Shown here: in pieces, positions 42,577 to 59,305 of the stretch | Position numbering within the stretch: the first letter of the stretch is position 1 | How the letters are laid out: every line of letters starts with the position of its first letter | NCBI GenBank assembly: GCA_951406725.2 | Contig: OX597822.1 | Location: 12,524,001-12,588,000, forward strand | Direction of reading: 5' to 3' | DNA length: 64,000 nucleotides | Source: Octopus vulgaris | Taxonomy: Eukaryota | Translations under genes and position numbers: made by a program | Notes under the pieces: model-generated | Told to the model about the DNA's origin: nothing | What the model saw: the letters and a program-made list of their open reading frames with translations, nothing else | The model's database searches: none

Positions 42577-45500
42577 CTTGATCACCTTGATCACCTTGAC
42601 CGACCAGTCCGTCAGACGTCCATTTGTCCACTCCTCTCTGGATCGCACCTTTCTCATCCACGTGATCCCAATCGTCCTCCTGAAATCGTAACTCCACCGT
42701 CGTGGAGGTCTTCCAGGTGGTCTTTTCCGCTCGCGCGGGTACCACACGACAAATGTGTGGGTCCACCGATTATCGGTGAGCCGGGCGACGTGTCCAGCCC
42801 ATCTAAACTTGCTGCGTGTATACTCTGCGATGACATCTCTCACGCTGGACTTCTTTCTGATGATCTCGCTACTGATGTGCTCTCTCAACGAGATACCAAG
42901 CATTGACCATTCCATGGCTCTTTGAGCCGTTACCAGTCTTTGCTCTTCTCTCTTTGTGGTAGCCCATGTTTCACTACCTTATAACATTGCAGGCAGAACT
43001 GCACTGTTAATGAGGTTGGCGCGGGTGGTCCTGTCCAACCTTCCCTTGAGCACATCCCTTATGCCATTAAACGCCTTCCATCAGGCCCTTACTCTCCGTG
43101 AGATCTCCTTTTCGATATCTCGGTACATATTTACTTCCTGTCCCAGGTAGACATATTCATTTACCTCCTCTATTTCATCACTGGCGATCACCATTCGACC
43201 TGTTGGTACGTTGTTGACCGCATGAAATTTGTTTTCATGCGGTTCATCTTGAGACCTACTGCAGAACTTTTGATGTCGAGCTCCGTCAGCATGGTCTGAA
43301 GCTGATCCATGTTTTTAGCGATGAGTACGATGTCGTCAGCGAAACGGAGGTGGGTGAGGAGCTCGCCATTGATGTTGACACCACCTTGCCAGTTGATGCC
43401 TCTGATGATCTGTTCGAGACATGCAGTGAAAAGTTTTGGGGAGATTGTATCTCCTTGCTTCACTCCCTTCTCGACCGGCACTCGTATGGGTGATGACAGT
43501 AGAGCTATGTCGGTGGTGCATCCGGAATTTGCCTCCCTGAGCAGCTGCACTTATTGCGCTTCGACTCCTTGCCTCTGCAGTGAGTTCAGCACTGCGTTGG
43601 TTTCGGCGCTATCGAAGGCCTTCTCATAGTCTACAAACGCAACGCAAAGAGGCAGTTTGTACACATTTGCTCGCTCAAGCAGTTGCGTTAGAGTAAATAT
43701 ATAGTCCATCGTGCTGTAGTTATTCCGGAAGCCTGATTGTTCCCTTGGCTGTTGTTCGTCGAGACGACGTGACAACCTGTTCAGAATTATCTTCGTGAAC
43801 AGCTTGTATACGTGAGACAGCAGGCATATGGGTCGGTAGTTCTTTACATCTTCTCTGTCGCCCTTCTTATACAGCAGGATGGTATTTGACTTTTTCCACT
43901 ACGAGGGAATCCTTCCCTCGTCTAGGTAGTGCGTAAATCGCTCAGCGAGGATTTTCCAGAGCTGCTCTCTGTCTGACTTTAGCACCTCCGATGTTATACC
44001 GTCTTTCCCTGGAGCCTTTCCGTTTTTCATCGAATCGATGGCTCTTTCAACCTCACTGACAAGGATAGGTGGTACGTTTTCTTCCTGTTGGAGTGGTGGT
44101 AACGGCTGGACATTTCTGGTAGACTTAAAGAGCTTAGTGTAGAAGTCTTCGCAAACATTTTCCATCTCGCTCTTCTCGTTGACCGGTATTCCATCTGTAT
44201 TTTTCAGGGCCCCTCCGATCTATATAGTACCATGTTCCTCTTGCATTTCTTGAGGCTCTTCTTTTCCTCTGCGGCCTTAAAGAGTTTCTCCATCCGGTAT
44301 GCCTCAAAGTCTTTCTTTAGTTGCTGACTAATCACTCTGCTGAGAATGGAATATTCAAGGTGATCTTCAATAGTCCTCTTCATATTTTCCTCTTCTCGAG
44401 TAACTTCGTATTTTAATCCGAGATTCTTCCCTTCTTTTCTCTTAGGCATACTCCCTTAGCCTTCCTTAAACACTCCCTCACTTTCCCTATCAGTGAGTTG
44501 TAGTCATCGTCTATGTCGTCTCCTTGGCACCAGTCTTCCTGCATGATAGCTTCCTGCAGCTTTGCCTCGTTGTAGATTCGGACACGTTTTCCCCTCAACG
44601 CCAAATACAGCGCCATCTTCTCCCTCTTCCCGTCGATGACGACCCTCGCCCTCACCAGACGATGATCGCTGCCGGTTTTGAATGGCGTCACGACGGAGAC
44701 ATCATGTAATATGCATCGCTTATCAACCAGGATGTAGTCGATCTCACTTCGGTGCTTAGACTTCGGCGATATCCAGGTCCATCTCTTCCTCTCCCTCTAC
44801 TTGAATAGGCTGTTTCCGATGTAGAGCTGCCTCGCCTCTGCCAAGGTAGCCAAACGTTCTCCTGTTCCATTTTTCTCTCCCATGCCAAATCTCTCGACTT
44901 ACTCCTCTCCTTGTCGTCCATGTCCAACCTTTGCGTTGAAGTCTCCCATCACGACAGTGTAAGTGGACTTCATAGACAGCCCTTTGTCTAGTTGTCGATA
45001 GAATTCTTCCACCTCGTCGTCGTCGCCGGCTCTTGTGGGAGCATAGGTCTGGACAATCTTGAGGGTGGCCTTCCCTGAGAGGTTCACATTTAGTACACCA
45101 ATCTGTGATGATATGAACTGGCAAGAAGCGACCCTCGAAGCCCATTCCTTACTTACGATGAATCCGATACCTCAGACCGATCTAGCACCTTCTGCTCTTC
45201 CTAATCTCACAATGCATCCATATTGCCATCGTATACTCGCTTCCTTCTTCCAGCGTGTCTCGCACAGCCCTAACTCCTCGCACCTGATCTTCCTCTGCTC
45301 CATTAGGTGGTTCAGTTCTTGCCACCATGGACCTGAAGTTGTAGGTGCATATGACAAGTTTAGTCCTGTTTCATGACGGCCCTCGGGAACCTATGAATCT
45401 TAGCAGCCTCTCGTCGCTCGGGTTGCACTCCGCCGTCATGGAGTGGCCCGATTGACGTGCGGGGTACTGGGGCCCTTTTCCTTTTCTCAACGTTCTTCGT

Positions 45501-45750
45501 GCTGTTTTAGCCATAAGATGACGCCATCCAACTGGCTGGGCAGGCAGGCCGGCATTTTGTTGGATGGCCGTTGACTGTTCAGGAGTTCATCCGCCCTTTG
45601 TTGGGTTTTGTTTTTCTATCCCACAGGGAGTCCAACAGCACCCCCCTCACCAAGCGAACCTGGTGGGGTTGTCAGTTTAGTCGCCGAGGTCCCGACCATG
45701 CAACAGGTTGTACTGGATTATATGTTACCAGTAGCAATCAAGAGCGACCT
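42573..45750 (-). mobile_element. Near full-length decayed RTE-clade LINE (5'UTR, APE endonuclease, RT, 3' (CAAGGTGAT)n tail)
   Basis: LGLCETRW, IVQTYAPT, MGDFNAKVG, EIDYIL, SDHRLV; KAPGKDGI, EQSGFR, FVDYEKAFDS, GVKQGDTISPKLF, HLRFADD; KFRWAGHVAR..RPPGRPPRRW; many stops and frameshifts. Confidence 0.93.
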
Positions 45751-45900
45751 GACACACACACACACACACACATTATATATATATATATATATATTTGTGC
45801 AAAAAGGGTGGAATATAATTAATTTAATAAAATTAATAAATTTCACCTAGTAGATTTATCGGTATGGAAAAGACCATATTTGGTAAGGATTATAATAATT

Positions 45901-45945
45901 ATAATTAAGGGTTAATTGCAACTTGTTGCAATTAACCCTTAATTA
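45901..45945. repeat. Perfect ~22-bp-arm hairpin
   Basis: ataattaagggttaattgcaac-t-tgttgcaattaacccttaattat. Confidence 0.85.
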
Positions 45946-46270
45946 TGATTTTAAAAATATATATATATACACATATACACGTATATATATATATATACAC
46001 ATATACACGTATTGATGCATGTACATATACGGATGTATATATGCAAATATATATATATATATTATTTATATTATTATATATGTATATATCTATGTATTAC
46101 TATTATTACTATGACTAGTATATGTATTACTAATATATGTATTACTAGTATATATATTTGTGTAGCACACAGTCTTTGCATGTGTATCTATTCTTATAAT
46201 ACTCTCTTTTGTTTTGGAATAAAAAGACATAATAGAATGTCTACTGCCATTTTCTTCTTTGTCGTATATT

Positions 46271-46312
<42 letters not shown>

Positions 46313-46332
46313 TTGTGCATTTAAGTTAAGTA

Positions 46333-46400
<68 letters not shown>

Positions 46401-47080
46401 ATAAATACATATATATATTGTTATATTTCGGAATGGTCATATTGCCAGTATATATATATAAAACACACGCACTATATATTTGGTGTTATTTTGCTTCAGT
46501 GTCATTTAGTTTTTACATTAATCAGTTAATCATGTAGGAAATTTAGGGTACAATTCGAGGTGTTTCTGCTTAAAGCATGTCTGCATATTCCATTGTTATA
46601 ATCCAGTATATTATTGCTACCCTTGTATTAATATCTACCACGTTAACCCTTGTTGTCCATACAGTTATCTTTAGATTAACGGGTGTTTAAAATGCTTACG
46701 CTGTTCCTAGCCCACCTTCAGTCTGTGCATATTTAGTATATCATATTTGTGTATACTGTGTGTGCGTGCATGTATGTGCGTTCGTATGCGCGTGTATATG
46801 CGGCTATGCACATAGTGAATGCATGTGTTGTAACAATTTTTGTTGTTTTTCAGGAGGGTCATTATGCCAATGAAAATTAAATTAATATAAAAATTACAGT
46901 AAGCACACGCACTGGCTCAATTTCCATTCCATTAATTTACCAACTAACCATCCAATGGTTTGCTTAATGTGTTGAACAAAACGCAAACATATGTAAACAA
47001 ACATCTTCATGGACACGTAGGTACATATATACATAAAAACATACCCATACATAGGCATGAGATTAATTCTCAGACACTAA

Positions 47081-47735
47081 GGCGGCGAGCTGACAGAAAC
47101 ATTAGCGCGCCGGGCGAAGCGTAGCCGTATTTCTTCTGCCGCTACGTTCCGCCGATGTAGACTTTGCCTTTCATCCTTTCGGGGTCGATAAATTAAGCAC
47201 CAGTTATTCACTGGGGTTGATGTAATCAACTTAATCAGTTTGTCTGTCTTTATTTGTCCCCTCTGCGTGTAGCCCTTTGTAGGCAATAAAGAAATAAGAA
47301 ACATTAGCACGCCGGGCGAAATGTTTAGCAGTATTTTGTCTGTCTTCGTTCCGAGTTCAAATTCCGCCGAGGCCGACTCTGCCTTTCATCCTTTCGGTGT
47401 CGATATATTTAATTAAATACCAGTTGCGTACTCGGGGCGATCTAATCGACTGGTCCCCTTTTCCCCAAAATTTCGCGCCTTGTGCCTGGATTAGAAAAGC
47501 ATATTTGAGGGCAGCGAGCTGGCAGAATCGCTACCAACCGGGCGAAATGCTTAGCGGTATTTCGTCTGCCATTACGTTTGGCGTTCAAATTCCGCTGAGG
47601 TCGACTTTGCCTTTCAGCCTTTCGGGATCGATTAAATGACTAAGTTACGCACTGGGGTTGATATAATTGACTTAATCCCTTTGTCTGTCCTTGCTTGTCC
47701 CCTCTATGTTTAGTCCCCTGTGAGTAATAAAGAAC
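47081..47735 (+). mobile_element. Three tandem SINE family B units
   Basis: Heads at ~47081, ~47300 and ~47509, each with gggcgaa..tag..tatt, gactttgcctttca.cctttcgg. Confidence 0.85.
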
Positions 47736-48920
47736 TAATTCTCAGCGAGGGCATTTCGTTGATGAGGTTGCGAAAAGAGACGAAATTGTTCTGACAGATA
47801 AAACTAACAACCGGATTGATTACTCAACGAATTAGATAAACCACTGGGTACTTAGCTGGTAAAATAAAGACGTGTCATTGCACAAGTGTGTGTGTGTATT
47901 TCAATTTTATTTACACTTAATGAACCGCGGACTACATTATGAAAGTTGTCCTTCATTTTTACAGTAATGCGTGAGTCGAGTAAGATTTGATTGCTATATC
48001 TAGCTGTTTGAGAAAACACAAAGAAAAGTTATCTTGACTGAATTGTGTTTGTTTTTACTAATTAGGACACGACAGACCTCTGATCGCACCAGAAGGTCCA
48101 GTCCTTGTTGTGTGCCCCAATGACGCTGAGAGCTATGCTAGCCGGGTGCGAACAACTGGTAGGGTTTCCTATGCTGGAAAGGTCAAAGGGTAAAGTTCAG
48201 AGAAATATGTACCACCTATTCCCAGGAGTAGAAATTAGTTCGTATAGGAACACCATCACCACCTAGTGAAAGCAAAGTTATGGAGGCATCTATGACAGTC
48301 TAAATCAAAACCAACAGGATCTGGAAGAGGATGTTTTTTTCTTCTTCAGGAAATCCACAATCTGGAACAGGAGGGAGAGAATACAATAAGCAGCTGGATG
48401 TGTGATGCTGAGTCAGAACTGAAAAAATAGGGATCCAACTGGAAAAAGCGGAAAGATAAACTAGATTCGAGAACAGTGGAGAAAAAATCATTGAGGGTCG
48501 ATGTTCCTCAGAGCGAGAAGGTCTTAAGCAAAGTAATAGTAAGCTTCACTGTCATCAATTCAGAAAATTGAACAAAAACAATCCAGTCATGGCCAACTTG
48601 TCTTATATATGAAACAGAGCGAGTATCTAATTGCTTGCATCATCCAATGTGTGGTTCGTTTTCATATCAATCATCGGATGCAATATGAAGAAGATGAGTC
48701 TGCTGTTTTGCAGAAAGTGGAGCTCAGTCTCGAAGGCTTTCACGTTGCAGACTCACTAAAGATGTTTTGTTATATGATGACTGATGACTCTCCATTGTAG
48801 ACTGATGGTTGAACTAATAAAAAAAAAGTAAACTTCCGAAAGGATCTTTGACTCACCAAAAGAATATAAAGTTGCTTTGATCGTTTGATAACTCGCGGCT
48901 TTGATAACCCCAAAAAAACA

Positions 48921-48975
<55 letters not shown>

Positions 48976-50257
48976 AACATGTGGTTGAAGGAATTGGTGT
49001 TTTTAATGATGACTTAGTTTATCTCGGGCAGAGATTTGGGAGAACACACACATAGCCAATCACTCCATCAGACACAGGAGACAACATTTGTTTTGTTTTT
49101 TAATGTAGCCTATCTACGACAACCTTATGCAATACTCCCCCATTAAATCAATACATGCTAATTAAAGCAAATTAGTATTAATATTTCTCCCATAGCCGTC
49201 AAATACAGAAATACCACTGATTTATGCCATGTTTATGTTTGTGCTTGCGTGAGTACCTGTGTATGTGTGTGTGCGTGTATAATTTTTGTATTTCTTTACA
49301 AGTTTGTCCTTATAAGTTTCGCAATATTTTTTACACAGTGCCCATCACATTGGAAAAGTGTATCCCAAACCGGGAAGTTATTCCAGATACTTACAAATAG
49401 GTGTATTTCGTTAAAAACACCGGAGGGGCAAAGTGGTAGCTTGAACTTTTAAAATGCAGGAAAGGGCTGCATGAATGTGTGTGACACAGAAAAAAGACGA
49501 GAAATATACCTTTATCTTTAGTGTAATTTGTATCTTTATTTTCACTTTAAATAATTTCAATATAACGATTGTTAGTTTGTCGCACATTAAGATTTACACT
49601 CACATCATGGAAAGGTGGCGTAAAATATTCACTTTCGTTTAATGATGCCCATCTCTATATTAAAATTTTTGAAACATCGATTGCCGATATCCGCCGTTTA
49701 ATAATTAAACATGGCGACGAATTCCATGTCGCTCACCGCAAGACAGGCAGAAAACGTAAAGTAAAAATCGTGAACGATCCGGAACATCTTTACCGTTTCG
49801 ACAATCCATTGCTGTCGCTAATTCTATTTCCTTAGAATTAATGAAATAGTGTAAGGCAAATTTGGTCTGAGAAGAATGTGAACCCAAATTGTCGAGTTTC
49901 AGAATAAATCATAATACATTATGTAATCCGTTCTAACGTATTTGCTAATTCACTGCGGACATGGGTGTATATATTTCGATATATGTGTATACGTGTAGGT
50001 GTATCTATATTTTTCCATAAGTGTATGTGTTAAATATGAAAGAGAAACAGAAAGAGAGAGAGTGTGCGTGTGTAAGTACTTGTGTGTGTTTGTGAGTGAA
50101 GATATTCGTAAAATATGAATATGTCAAATCAGCGAAACTTCATTTAGAAATCGGAAATCCAGTCTCAAAACATATTTGCTAGGAAACACACTTTGTTAAT
50201 ATGAAAATGAGATTCTTCGAACATCTTGCTGAATCAAAATGAAAGCCGTTAAAATAT

Positions 50258-50382
<125 letters not shown>

Positions 50383-50634
50383 CATACACACACACACACA
50401 TATATATATGTATATATATATACATATACGTGTATATATAATGAAAATCTGACAGAACAAAAGTAAAAGCAACGAAATGAACACGTTTGCTATCGAATAT
50501 CCTGCTTAATCAATAGCCTTTCGAAGTAATAATCGATGAAATTAAGGGAGAATTTCGAATGGTAATATTAATATTGCAAAAACGAAAACAGCGCATAAAA
50601 AAGAGAAGAGAAGAAATTATGAAGTTGGTGGTGA

Positions 50635-50800
50635 TGATGATGATAATGATGGCGACGACAACGACGACGATGATGATGATGATGAAGAAGAAGAAGAAGA
50701 AGAAGAAGAAGAAGAAGAAGAAGAAGAAGAAGAAGAAGAAGAAGAAGAAGAAGAAGAAGAAGAAGAAGAAGAAGAAGAAGATGATGATTATGATGATGGG
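50635..50800. repeat. (ATG)n/(AAG)n compound microsatellite
   Basis: Direct reading. Confidence 0.95.
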
Positions 50801-51412
50801 AGGAGGTGGTAGGGCAGTGGGAAAAGTGTAAGAGGAAATGCATTGGCGATAGTAATATTGATGATGACAATAAGAGGAAAATACAAAAAGAAACTGAAGA
50901 TAAAAAATGATAAAAGAATGATAAAAAATAAAATATATGTCAGCTATAAAAATTATCAATAAACAAGAAAAAATATTGACCAAAAGAACAAAAAAAAATG
51001 TGCGAAAACTTAAGGCCCAAACATCAATGGTTTACAAACGAAAATAATCGAGAAGAAACGGAAAGAAGCGGAAAGAAACCCAACACCACAATGTTGGTGG
51101 TGTGGTGGTGCTGGTGGTGGTGCTGGTGATGGTGGTGGTGGTGGCAGAGGTGAGAGCGCAAAGGAAAGGAACACAAACACACACACACACACACACATGC
51201 ACACGCATGCACACCTATATATAGAATACAAACCTATAAAAATAAAAAAAACCTTAAAATCGCAAGAATCAATTTGTTGTGGTCGGAACGATTTAAAAAG
51301 TGGAGATTAGTGATGTTGAATGAAAGTTTAAAAAGCATGAAATTCTGGCTTTTAAAATGATATCGGACCTTTGAGCTTTGAGATTTTACGCAGGCTAATG
51401 AAGCGAATACCT

Positions 51413-51890
<478 letters not shown>

Positions 51891-52458
51891 ATTTTTATTT
51901 TTTACCTTCTTCTTTTTATTAAGAATTTTTCAATTATTGTTTTTAATAGAGAAGCTGTCATTTTGAAGGGTTTATACGAAGGAATATAACAAAAATTGCT
52001 TAAAAATAAATCTGAACGTAAAAGAGGGGAAACAGCGATAAATATTGAGAAATTTTAAAGTAGAAAATAAAAAGAAAGGATTTAAATAAGAAAAAAATTG
52101 AGAATGATTATGTGAAATTAACAGTAAGATAATAAAATAGCTAAAAAAAACACACAGAATATAGCCCACCACTTACGATTTACAAGTAAAAAATATAAAA
52201 GATAAGAATAATAAAAATAATATTAAATTGTTTATGACGACGATGACGAGAGGAATGACAATAATAGGAATATTAAAAAAAAAATATGTAATATTTATGG
52301 CAAGGATCTTATTCTTAATATAACGATATTATTATGGAGTAATATAACGATATAATAAACATATTATTCGGTGGATGTTATGAGAAAACACACAAAAAAT
52401 ATTATAAAGAAATACAAAAATGAAAGAAATGATACAACTGTAATAAGGAAACTATCTA

Positions 52459-52518
<60 letters not shown>

Positions 52519-52627
52519 GCTGCTGCTACTACTACTGCTGTTGCTGCTGCTGCTGCTGCTTGTAGTAGTACTAGTAGTAGTAATAACAAGAACACTAATA
52601 ATATCAATAATAAGCAGGAAAGAGAGT

Positions 52628-52780
52628 AGCTTTGTAGCGAGTAGCTTTCTTACCAATCACATGGTTCCGGGTTCAGTCCCACTGCATGGCACTTTGGGCA
52701 AGTGATTTCTACGATAGCCTCGGGCCGACCAAAGTCTTGGGAGTGGATTTGATAGGCGGACACTGCATGAAGCCCGTCGT
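52628..52780 (+). mobile_element. SINE family A, 5' half
   Basis: catggttccgggttcagtcccactgc..gcctcgggccgaccaaag..gaagcccgtcg. Confidence 0.8.
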
Positions 52781-53069
52781 GTATGTATATATATGTATTT
52801 ATATATATGTGTATGTATATGTTTGTGTGTCCGTCTTTGTTAATGATTATTTTCATGCTTTATCTTTCAATTGCTTCGATCACTGAAATGTGGCCATACT
52901 AGAGCAATGCTTTGAATAATATTATTCAATAATATTTGATAATATTATTTATTCTATCGTTCACTGTTCTGGAACTACTAGGTTACAGCGATGTAAACAT
53001 ACATACATACATATACATATATATGCATATATATATATATAAATATATATATATCTACATATATATGTA

Positions 53070-53100
<31 letters not shown>

Positions 53101-53267
53101 GTGTGTGTGTATGCATGTATGTATGGAAAATATAATTAAGATTCAATTGAATTAGGTACTTAAATTCAGGCACCTTGCCAAATCGGTATAGTGCGCACAG
53201 GCCGAAGTTTGATGAGCAGAATGCATGCTTGCATGTATATATGTAAGTATGTATGTATGTATGTAAG

Positions 53268-53302
<35 letters not shown>

Positions 53303-53529
53303 ATATAAGACTGGATTCTTTCAGTCTCCCTCTTCTGGTCGCCGAGAGCCTAAAGTAAAATTCTGAAACGAAAACAATGTGGATGGGAAGCAGACTTCTA
53401 ATCACATGGCCGTGCCCATGCTTGTTTCCTGAAGCGTGGCCACTAAACAAGCGTCACCTTAGTCTGCAGGCTGTGGACAGCTTTCCATCATAGCCAGCAA
53501 GATAAAGCTGATATTTTTCGTATAATAAA

Positions 53530-53631
<102 letters not shown>

Positions 53632-53969
53632 AAGAAGAAGAAGAAGAAGAAGAAAAAGAAGAAGAAGAAGAATTGGACACAAGAGCCGAGGATATCGAGT
53701 GCAAAAGCAAAAAAACGAATTGAATGCAAAACAGTGAGTAATAGCATTAACAATACTGATATTAAAACATGAAATTTTAATCATAAAAAAAGCATTATTG
53801 ACAATAATAATAACAATAATTATTTATAAAAAAGAACAAACAACAAAATCTGTCGTTTGCTATGGAAGACTCACAATGTTATTTATTAAATGAAATAACA
53901 TTCGGTCGAAGAATGAATACAAAAAGGAAAGAATATCAACTGTGGCAAACAACAATCTGTTCTCCTCGC

Positions 53970-54076
<107 letters not shown>

Positions 54077-54120
54077 TAATAATATTAATAATAATAATAA
54101 TAATTATTATTATTATTATT

Positions 54121-54390
54121 ATATGAGAATGATCCCTGGCTTACCATCTCTGCAAAAAGTGCAAAATATTGTTTTAACTGGTACATCACATGTATTCAGA
54201 AGAGCATTGTCAATGTGAGAAGTATTAATACCCATGTATTTTAATTTAACTTTAAAAAAAAATGAACGAACTATTGAGTTTAGTTTAATGGCCTACCAAT
54301 GTATACTATGAGTTTCTTTGCCCTAGGAGTCGGGAAGTCACTCGGCAAGAAATGGAAGCAAATTTGAAAGAAGAAAAAAAAATAATAATA
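54121..54390 (+). mobile_element. R4/Dong LINE extreme 3' end (second subfamily) after (AAT)n
   Basis: IPGLPSLQKVQNIVLTGTSHVFRRALSM* parallels IPGNPKMAEIQEIVLMGTAHILRKILSM*; ends in aataataata. Confidence 0.7.
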
Positions 54391-54737
54391 GGAGGAGGAG
54401 GAGACGAAGGAGGTGGACGAGAGGAAATAGGTGGAGAAAGGAAAAAGGATGTCGATTAGTATTATTTTTGCTATTATTTTCCCATTATTAATTTTGTATT
54501 TATTGGTGTTATTATTCCGTTGTGACCAGTGTTTCTGGTTTGAACATGGTGAATGCAATTGATTAAGGAATAAAATTTCAGGCTGTATTTAGATTCGATC
54601 AACTGCAGTGACAACAACTCGAAGTTGATTTGCATAATATATGTACATACATACATACATACATACACACATACATACATAAATACATACATATATATGT
54701 ATGAATGCTTGTATGCATGTATGCTTTTATGTACGCA

Positions 54738-55106
54738 TCTCTTTATATATAAATGGCAAAATGTCTGTCTGTGTGTGCGTGTGTGTGTGTGTCCTTTATA
54801 CAAATCCACAATATTTCAGTTAGAGGGCTCGCACTTTCTATGGTCTTTTACAACTGTCCAAGGGTGGTCGTGACTATCTTTACATTTCCCCAATCACCCG
54901 GCAAAGCTATTAAAAAATGACATTTTGTGAATTTTCTATCCAAAACCCAATCAAAATGCCAGAAACTTGATACGCCAATTGAATGCTAGCTAGCTGTATG
55001 TGATTGGTCGGAGATATGGACATTACTCGCGTGTATGTGCGTACGCATGCAGCTGTATATGCATGCACTACCACCATGACCCGGCAACGCCGGATCATAG
55101 AGCTAA
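54738..55106 (+). mobile_element. Non-autonomous Helitron
   Basis: A|TC start (tctctttatatataa), internal (GT)n, subterminal hairpin atgacccggcaacgccggatcat, CTAA|T end. Confidence 0.8.
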
Positions 55107-55545
55107 TAATATATATTTTTTAATATTTCCTTTATATATATAGTCAATATCAACTGCGTAGTAACTTTGTAACATGCATTTCAAAGCTCAAGTACGGATA
55201 TTGGCTACCATATACCTTTATCATATGCAGGATTGCTCCTTTCATTGGAACACCTTAAATGTACGCAGAATTTATGTAAAAACTTGTAAAACAGGAAGTG
55301 GAATTAACAGGCATAAATTAAAAGTCACAACACTTGTTTCAGTGTAATGGTAGCCGTTGTTAATTGCGACTTTTTTCATATCACGTTATTACATAAATTC
55401 ATCTATATATAACTAGAAATTATGATTCAGCAATTTGTGTATATTTATAGTTGGAATTTACAAACAAAAAAAAAATAAATAAGCGAAGGCAGGTGTGTAA
55501 ACAACAAACGGATGTATTAGTTTAGCGGTCGAGAAGTGAGAATGT

Positions 55546-55581
55546 CTTTTACGTTTCGAGCCTACGCTCTTCGACAGAAAG
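55546..55581 (-). ncRNA. Minimal hammerhead-like motif (A6U variant)
   Basis: cttt-CTGTCGA-a-gagc gtag gctc-GAAA-cg-TA-aaag. Confidence 0.55.
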
Positions 55582-55914
55582 GAACACAGAACGAAGCAAG
55601 GAATGTAAGTGTGTGCGTGTGCGTGTGTGCATGTGTGTGTGTGTGTACACTCACGCACAGGCATAGACACACACACAAGCACACACATACATACGTTTAT
55701 ATTCATAGTATTCGGTGGTCTAGGAAAACATTAAAGATTGATATAAAATTGCTTTTTATTACTAATATTGCATCCGTCCCTAACAACTATGTATATAAAG
55801 AGATAGATAGATAGAAAGATAGAAAGATATATGCCCCCCAAACACGCAGACACACACACACACACACATATATGTATCTATCTAACAACCTATCTATATA
55901 TCTATCTATCTATG

Positions 55915-56013
<99 letters not shown>

Positions 56014-56630
56014 CAATGTCTATACGTATTGAAATATATAAATACTAGCGACGTGACCATTATCGACGGCATGAAAATACTTATATAGATGAAGGTAGAG
56101 ATATATTGTCCAGATTTTATTATGGAATGGAATCTAGCAAATGCGAAATTTCTTGACAGAAGTGATAATCGCAACAGACAGACATATAATAACACAAACT
56201 GCAATGGAGAAATTATATCAAAGCGAAGAATAAGAATAAGAATAAATCTAATGGCGATATTGACAACAGAGTCGATGTCCCGAATAAAAGAAGCCTTGGG
56301 AACAATATCAACAGATGTGATGCAGACAGATTGGTAAACATCCAAACTTACGCAAGACGTTCGAAATAATACTAATGGACACCGTTTCTATTGGATGAAA
56401 TAATAGAAAATCAAACCGCAGTGTGTACTCCGGATGCAGCATCGGGCATTTGCGAAGATTGAAAGCAACATGAAGAAGAACAATAATTTCAACAAGATTG
56501 TTGTGGGCTTAATATGACCCCTTGCTAAAATACGTTTTCGGGTTCAGTCCCACAGCATGGCAATTCACGCAAGTGCTTTCTTCCACTGTTCCATGCCTGC
56601 TATGCACTTTGGAGCAAATCTGGCAGACAA

Positions 56631-56683
<53 letters not shown>

Positions 56684-56705
56684 TATATGTATGTATATAT
56701 ATACA

Positions 56706-56738
<33 letters not shown>

Positions 56739-56784
56739 GTATGTATAGATATATATGTACACACACACATATAAATATATGTAC

Positions 56785-56832
<48 letters not shown>

Positions 56833-56844
56833 GTGTGTGTAAAT

Positions 56845-57200
56845 ATATTGATAAAATGGTAAGACAACAAAAGAAAGGAAGAGACCTCGATGTTATGTAA
56901 ATAAAGGAATTTATCTGTAAATGTAATATGTGACAATTATTCGGCAGCCATGACATAAGTCCGAGTTTCGGATGCCGAGGTGAAAGTCCATGCCGCTATC
57001 TCTTCGGTTATCTGGCCATCGGAAAAATGTTATGAAAAATAACTGTTATACAAAGGGAAATTACTGTGTGATTGACCGTTATTAAGACAAAATAGCTATT
57101 CGAATGACCGCTAAGTAAGGGGAGGGAGTAAACTAAGGGGGTAAAATGTTCATAGTATTCGCGTAAGCGCGCCTGTTCATACCTACACATGTTCGCCCCC
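56845..57200 (-). mobile_element. PLE-type terminus with degenerate hammerhead (56953-57011)
   Basis: Minus: ataa-CCGAAGA-gat..atcc-GAAA-ctcgga..ttat; homolog of 27550-27668. Confidence 0.55.
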
Positions 57201-57234
57201 CCCCCCACATATATATATATATACATATATACGT

Positions 57235-57796
57235 ATCACATCTAACTCATCTGGAATTTCACCGTTCAAACTGACTGAAAGATAGATTCAAATTGGCCTG
57301 AGATTATACTGAAAGACTTCACACAAAAATCATGCCTCCTCGTTGACATGACTGTCCCAATCGACATAAATGTGTCTGTCGAGACCTATCAAAAACTGAG
57401 CAAATATAAATATATTAAAATAGCGATTGGCAAAATGTGGAACCTCAAGACTAAAACAATACCTGTTGTCATAGCTTCCCTAGGAATGATAGCAAAAGGA
57501 GCTTTTTGCTACCTAACTTAGAAAGAAGGAATCCCCAAAACGGCAGAAATTCAAAAGATAGTGCTCATGAGAACTGCCCATAACCTACGTAAAATACTGT
57601 CTATGTAATCTCAAATTTTGAAGCAAACTTATAAATTTATGTTTTCTTAACCTTTCTCTAGAACAATACTATGTTTAAAAACCAGACATATGACACCCTA
57701 GGTATAACACCAACATGAACTTCTAACTTGTCTCTTGAGTTCTCTGGGTGAGACTTCGAGTCAACTTGTACAAATGCATAGCAAATGTCAAACATA

Positions 57797-57797
<1 letters not shown>
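57235..57797 (+). mobile_element. R4/Dong LINE 3' fragment (RLE + 3'UTR)
   Basis: Homologous to 58680-59225; followed by (TAA)n. Confidence 0.88.

Positions 57798-59305
<1,508 letters not shown>

Noticed and set aside
46418-46930. Loosely repeated ggtcat..tgcca..cacacgcact motifs as LTR pair
   Set aside because: Low identity; no PBS, PPT or internal coding sequence
47081-47735. Spaced repeats resembling a CRISPR or tRNA array
   Set aside because: Diverged ~200-bp SINE units; no constant repeat-spacer period and no cloverleaf
48060-48490. Possible RTE 5'UTR and endonuclease scraps
   Set aside because: Only a faint P..G..EEEK..F resemblance; too decayed to support a call
56089-56337. 82-aa non-repetitive ORF
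   Set aside because: No recognisable domain, motif or convincing splice sites
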